From assembly GCF_009914755.1 (NCBI RefSeq), contig NC_060931.1: DNA of 64,000 nt. One strand, given 5' to 3'. Below the pieces are notes generated by a model. That model saw only the letters and a list, made by a program, of their open reading frames with translations. It was not told the origin of the DNA and searched no databases. This document shows positions 58,547 through 64,000 of the stretch, in pieces. The position numbers and the translations under genes are program-made. This DNA is from the human T2T-CHM13v2.0 reference genome, Homo sapiens. How positions within the stretch are numbered: the first letter of the stretch is position 1; each line of letters starts with the position of its first letter.

Positions 58547-59084
58547 TATAAAATCTCTACCCTTAAGGAACTTACATTGTAATTAGATTCTCCAAAAATA
58601 ATGGGTAAAATAATAGCTTATAGGGGGAAAAAAGGCACTGCTTACAATTAATAGATCAAAAGTCTAACCTACCATTTATTTTTGTGCATGTGATAAACAT
58701 ATTCCCCATTTCAGTTTTTGAAATAATACTGACATTTTTCTGGGTGTTTGACAGAGGGCATAAAAGTTATTGAAATATTCTCCATAGGTTTTTAAGAGCA
58801 ATATATTTCTTTTAATATTTCTATATACTAATCATAACCCTAGAGAAGGCATGAGAAATGAGACAAAAGAAACATTTTTGGGCAAACTACTGATTCAAAC
58901 AAAAACATTAACATTTTATTTTCACATAGAGAAAATGTAGTACCATGGTAAAGTAAATCACTGACTTCAAATCCATTTTATCTTGACTGACTTAAAGACA
59001 AAATAAAATCTCTATAAGCACTGCAACAGTGTACTGATATCATTCCTATAACTAACTTTATTTAACTCAGCACATGAACAAAAA

Positions 59085-59435
59085 TAGTCATGGGTTGCTT
59101 AATGATGGGATACATTTTGAGACATGCATTGATAGGTGATTTTGTCATTGTGGAAACATTAAAGTGTGCACTCACATAAACCTAGATGGCATGGTTTACT
59201 ACACACTGAGGCTATATAGTGCCTAGTGCTCCTACGCTGCAAACCTGTACAGCATGTTACTGTTTTGAATACTGTAGGCAATGTAACATAAGGGTAAGCA
59301 TTTGTGTATCTAAATATATCTAAAAATAGAAAAGGTACAGTAAAAAAGTTATTTCTAATTATATAGAACCACCATTGTATATGTGGTCCAGCCATTGTTG
59401 ACCAAAACAAAACATTGATATGTGGTACATGACTA
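59085..59435. mobile_element. Tigger3a/MER7-type DNA transposon
   Basis: Ends tagtcatg ... catgacta, with internal aaacctagatggcat and aaacctgtacagcatgttactg. Confidence 0.82.
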
Positions 59436-61989
59436 TCGTTACTCAAATGTATTGTTCTGATACTGTGTTATAGGAAAAAAATTAAGATTCCAAATTTCTT
59501 AAAATTATTTTATTCCCTGAAAATATACACAAAGTCCCCTTTCAAACAGATAACTTACTGATACCATATTTAATTGCTCTAAAAAAAATATCTAACAAGG
59601 GTTAGTACCCAATCTGAATCCCAGGTGCATCTTCTGCAGACATTGCCAGATGTTCTTGATTATAAGCAAACAGATTTGAAATTTACTTGAAGAGCATTTT
59701 TACTTATTATTCATAAAATAGCAATAAATCAATGAATATTAAGTAATATGGGTAATGCAAACAGTTTAAAGATATAGACCTGAGCCCACTAAGTTTAGAA
59801 GTATTTGGGGGAAAGAAGATAAGTGCACAAATAAGGTAAGTACAAACAAACATCAGCCAGTGCTTGCTATCAAATGAATTGTTTAAACAAACAAACAAAA
59901 ACAATGCCATAAATCTTAAGAAGAAAGCAAAGCTACTACAAGTGGGGCAATTAGGGAAAGTTTCCTAGGGGAGTTCAAATTTAAGTAGGTCCTTAAAAAG
60001 ATTTACTCAGCAGGAGAAGAAAGGGGGAAAGGGGAAAGAACAGCATTAAAGGTAGGAATACCTCCTGTGTCAAGGGTCAAAATGTCGGAGACAGTGTTGG
60101 CAGAGCTAAGTATTTAGTTTAGCTAACAAATGGGATAGCTGGAATAATAATGGAAGGTAAGGACAGAAAGGTAAACACAGGTTAGGCTCCATAGGCCACA
60201 GAAATGACCTAAATAAGCAGTGTTTTAGAAAGATTAATTTGGTGGCGGAACATAATAGCGATAATCCGAGATAAACTTGCACTATACTTAATACTATGGT
60301 AATAAGGGCTTCAAGCTGAGAGAAAGAGGTGGTAACAGAAACAAAAGGCTAAAAGAAAGATATTACAAAGGACGATTTCTAGTGTCTGGATCTTGGTTCA
60401 TCTTCCCAGTCACCACCCAATTTAGTGCTTCCATAAGAGCACTAAATAATAATTTTCAATATAAATGAGGTCTTGCTAATGGCCAGGGCAACATATGAAA
60501 ATATTACATAAAAAACAAATCTTAAGGATGTTTCTGGATTACAACTAATTAGAATAACTTATATCACTTTGTCCACCATCCAACTGCAATTTCCTAAGCA
60601 CTGATTCATAATACTTTATGCTTTACCTGGGAAGGTTTTATCAAAGATGTTTTAAAATTTGTAGATTGTGTTATCTATCCGATAATAGCTGCTGAAAAAT
60701 CAGGATTATGGCAAGAGACCAGTAAATGTATGTTCTACTCAGTTTTACTATATTCTTCTCAATTTATTTTAACAATAACAAATTAAAGGAATAATAAATG
60801 AAAAGCTTAAAGAATAAAGATATAACTAGAAATTATTTTACTTCCTATGTGGACTATAACAAGTCAATTATAGTTACACCTGATATTATATTAATAATTG
60901 GAACTATCAGTGGAAAAGAATAAAAGATAGGAGAATCCCTGAAAATACATGGGTAACCCCAATAGAAAGAAAAACTATATTTACAAATTCCAATAAATGT
61001 GAACTCCTTGTTTCTCTAATGGCTGGAGAGAAAAGAGTTATCTTGAGACTACGACCAACAGGTCAGAGTCCTCACAACTCCACTGGCATCAGATGTAGAA
61101 CTTCCTTCCTCATGAAGGATAAGCACTGAGTCTGCTTAAGGTCTGGTAATATTAATAAATTTCTTTTACTTTCAGCATCCACCCACCCATTATATGCCAA
61201 GAGGGTAACTGCTAAGAAAATAAAAACTTTAATAAATACCAGATTTACTCATGAAGAGAGTATTCCATGACATGGACTATTCCCTGGTCAAAAATTGCCA
61301 GGTCCCAATGTTATCAGATATAAGAATTTGGATGCACTAAGATAAATTGCACAGGGCTTTTTTTATTTAAAAACAAACAAAAAACCTACAGGTTTTCTTA
61401 AATCAACCTCTTTCTACTGCACTAAACAAAATTACTTGCATTTTGAAGCTAAAGTTTTGTTGTTCATTCCATTTTCAATGGGAGAGATTTTTTTTAAAAA
61501 AACCATTTGTACAGCAAAAAGCAGTGGGGCAGAAGTTGCCTAGTGAGGGAAAAAGCTAGAAAGGTGTTTGAAAAATTGGAGATACCAATTCTATCCTCAA
61601 GGATAGAAACAAAGAAAAGCAGATAATATAAACTGAACTAAAACAAAGAATGAGAGAGGCAAAAACAGAGGTTGACAACCATCTCTGAAAAGGCTAGGAG
61701 TTGAGAAGACTGACTACACCTGTACTTCACTCATACAATGAAACTGTCATGATCTGAGAGAAAGAGAAATCAAGATGCTGAAGTCCATAAATACCATGCA
61801 GTTCATTGAAAAGTACTGGATTCAAGTGGGACTAAGAAATACTAATAGGTAATCTGGTCTCCTAACACAATCAAGATATTCCCAGAAGGCAATGCTGTAT
61901 GTATAAATCCCTGTACATAAAAATTCAAAAACATGTATTTTCATACAAACGATCTAATTTTTTCCTTTTTTTTAAAGTTTCAGTCCTAA

Positions 61990-62316
<327 letters not shown>

Positions 62317-63381
62317 TGAGATTACATATTTCTTAGGAGGAAATATTTGTAAATTAACCCAAAAGGGCAACAGAGCTTTTTAAAATACATATATGCACAA
62401 AATATATACATATTTATTTATTTAAAGTAAAAAGTATATATCCAGACTCCATCATGAAAATTCTATTCAATTAGTCTAAATTGAGGCATCTGGTATTTGA
62501 TGATCACTGAAACAAAGAGAAGAGGAACACAATGAAAAGGCATCAAGACTCCTCAAAGTCTCTCAAATTATTAGATTTCACAAGTAGAAGAAATCACTAA
62601 AATCAAATTTAATTACTTTGTTTTACAGATAAAGAAATCAAATTCAAAACTGTCTGCAAACAGGTAGTCACTGACACAGCTGGGTCTCAGTTTGGATTTG
62701 TAGATGTTCAGCCAAGTTTTGATTTCTTCTAACTTGCTCCAAAGGCAATGCTTGAATTTTACTTTCTTTTACTACTTCCTTAATGGCGATGCCAACCAAA
62801 TCACTAAATATAGTCTCATGATTACTTTAAAAAAATTTGCAACATAAACCAATTACATAGTAGAAGAATCAAAGAAAAAACATTTTCAAGGATGGGGGTG
62901 GACTAAAAAAAAGTTAGAAGGTTTAGTTTTTCTGCTTACCAAATTCAAAAGAAAAATAGTCAAAGTGACTTACTGATTTTTACTTACATTTTAAACAAAA
63001 TATAAAATTTACTTACATTTTAAACATAAAATTTACATAAGGATAAAAGTCAACATAACAGACATTTCCAAATTTCACTGTCATGTTACCATATATACAA
63101 ATACATATTCATTTTGCTTCTAAATTAAATACTCCCACATATATTCATTTCAAAGAATCTATCTTAATTTTGCCATTTACCAGAGTCCCTAAGTAATTCT
63201 GAGATATTTTTAAACACTTGCTAACACAAAGGATATATTTAAGTTATCAACAGGTAAAACTTGCCTTTACAGAATATACTTTGACACAGGCTTCAAATAT
63301 ACATTAACATGTAAAGTATTACTTTGCTACTAAAACATGGCCACATCTAAGTGGCATAATTAGCTATTAACAGAACAAGAA

Positions 63382-63534
63382 GCTGGGTGTAGCACTACGT
63401 GCCTATAGTCCTAGTTGCTCAGGAGGCTGAGGCAGGAAGATCACTTGAGCTCGGGAATTAGAGGACAGCCTGGGCAACACAGCAAGATCCTCTCTCTTTA
63501 GAATAAATTAAAAAATAAAAAAATAAAATAAAAA
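63382..63534 (+). mobile_element. FLAM-type Alu monomer
   Basis: Single arm with an A-rich tail. Confidence 0.85.
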
Positions 63535-64000
63535 GGTAAGAAAAATGTGCCTTATTAAACCTAGAACGATTGTAGTTGTGTAAATATGATTTTAATTAGA
63601 ATTTTCTCATAACCCCATGACCTACTTAACATGAATGAAAATAAATGTTTTGATAACTATTAATAAGTACAAAGAATTAGTTTTTAATAATAAAGTCAAA
63701 ATATGGACATCTACTAGCCTAAACATATCACAAAATGTGGTAACCTTCAAAAACAGCAAGTCTCCACTTATTCATAAATTCTGTATTTCAGTAATACACT
63801 TAATGTTTTTAAAAGATTTATATTTAAGTTAAACCTAAACACACTTCTTATTTGCTTTCATTCTAGTAAACAAGGGCACACACAACCCTATCTTTAACTG
63901 CCCCTTAACCCCACACTCATCCCACCCCACCCTCTGGAACAAATACTTTAGACAAGTGGTTCTAACTTCTTTTTTGACCATATTCTACTTAGGTGGGCCA

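Overview
Primate, most likely human, genomic DNA containing the 3' half of CNOT4 (CCR4-NOT subunit 4, a RING E3 ligase) on the minus strand, plus about 21 kb of repeat-rich sequence downstream of the gene. I located six coding exons with GT-AG boundaries and consistent phases: 58135-58078, 55793-55544, 54325-53828, an alternative last exon 48804-48704 (short C-terminus), a symmetric 213-nt cassette exon 23975-23763, and the distal last exon 23095-22794 (long C-terminus). The RING, RRM and ZnF exons lie beyond the right edge. The remainder is Alu, L1, L2, CR1/L3, MIR, DNA-transposon fossils and simple repeats, and nearly all short ORFs in the supplied track are repeat-derived noise. I found no convincing new gene system. 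The best second-look items are: a strong splice donor inside the short-isoform 3'UTR that could convert that last exon into an NMD poison exon; five miR-23 seed sites specific to that UTR; an extended miR-181a site in the long UTR; inverted Alus tightly flanking the 250-nt exon; two tiny small-RNA retrocopies (U2 5' end and Y3 3' end) with target-site duplications; a cluster of perfect hairpins with a templated inverted copy at 14.0-14.4 kb; and a local duplication of about 260 bp. Repeat family names and boundaries come from recalled consensus sequences and are approximate.
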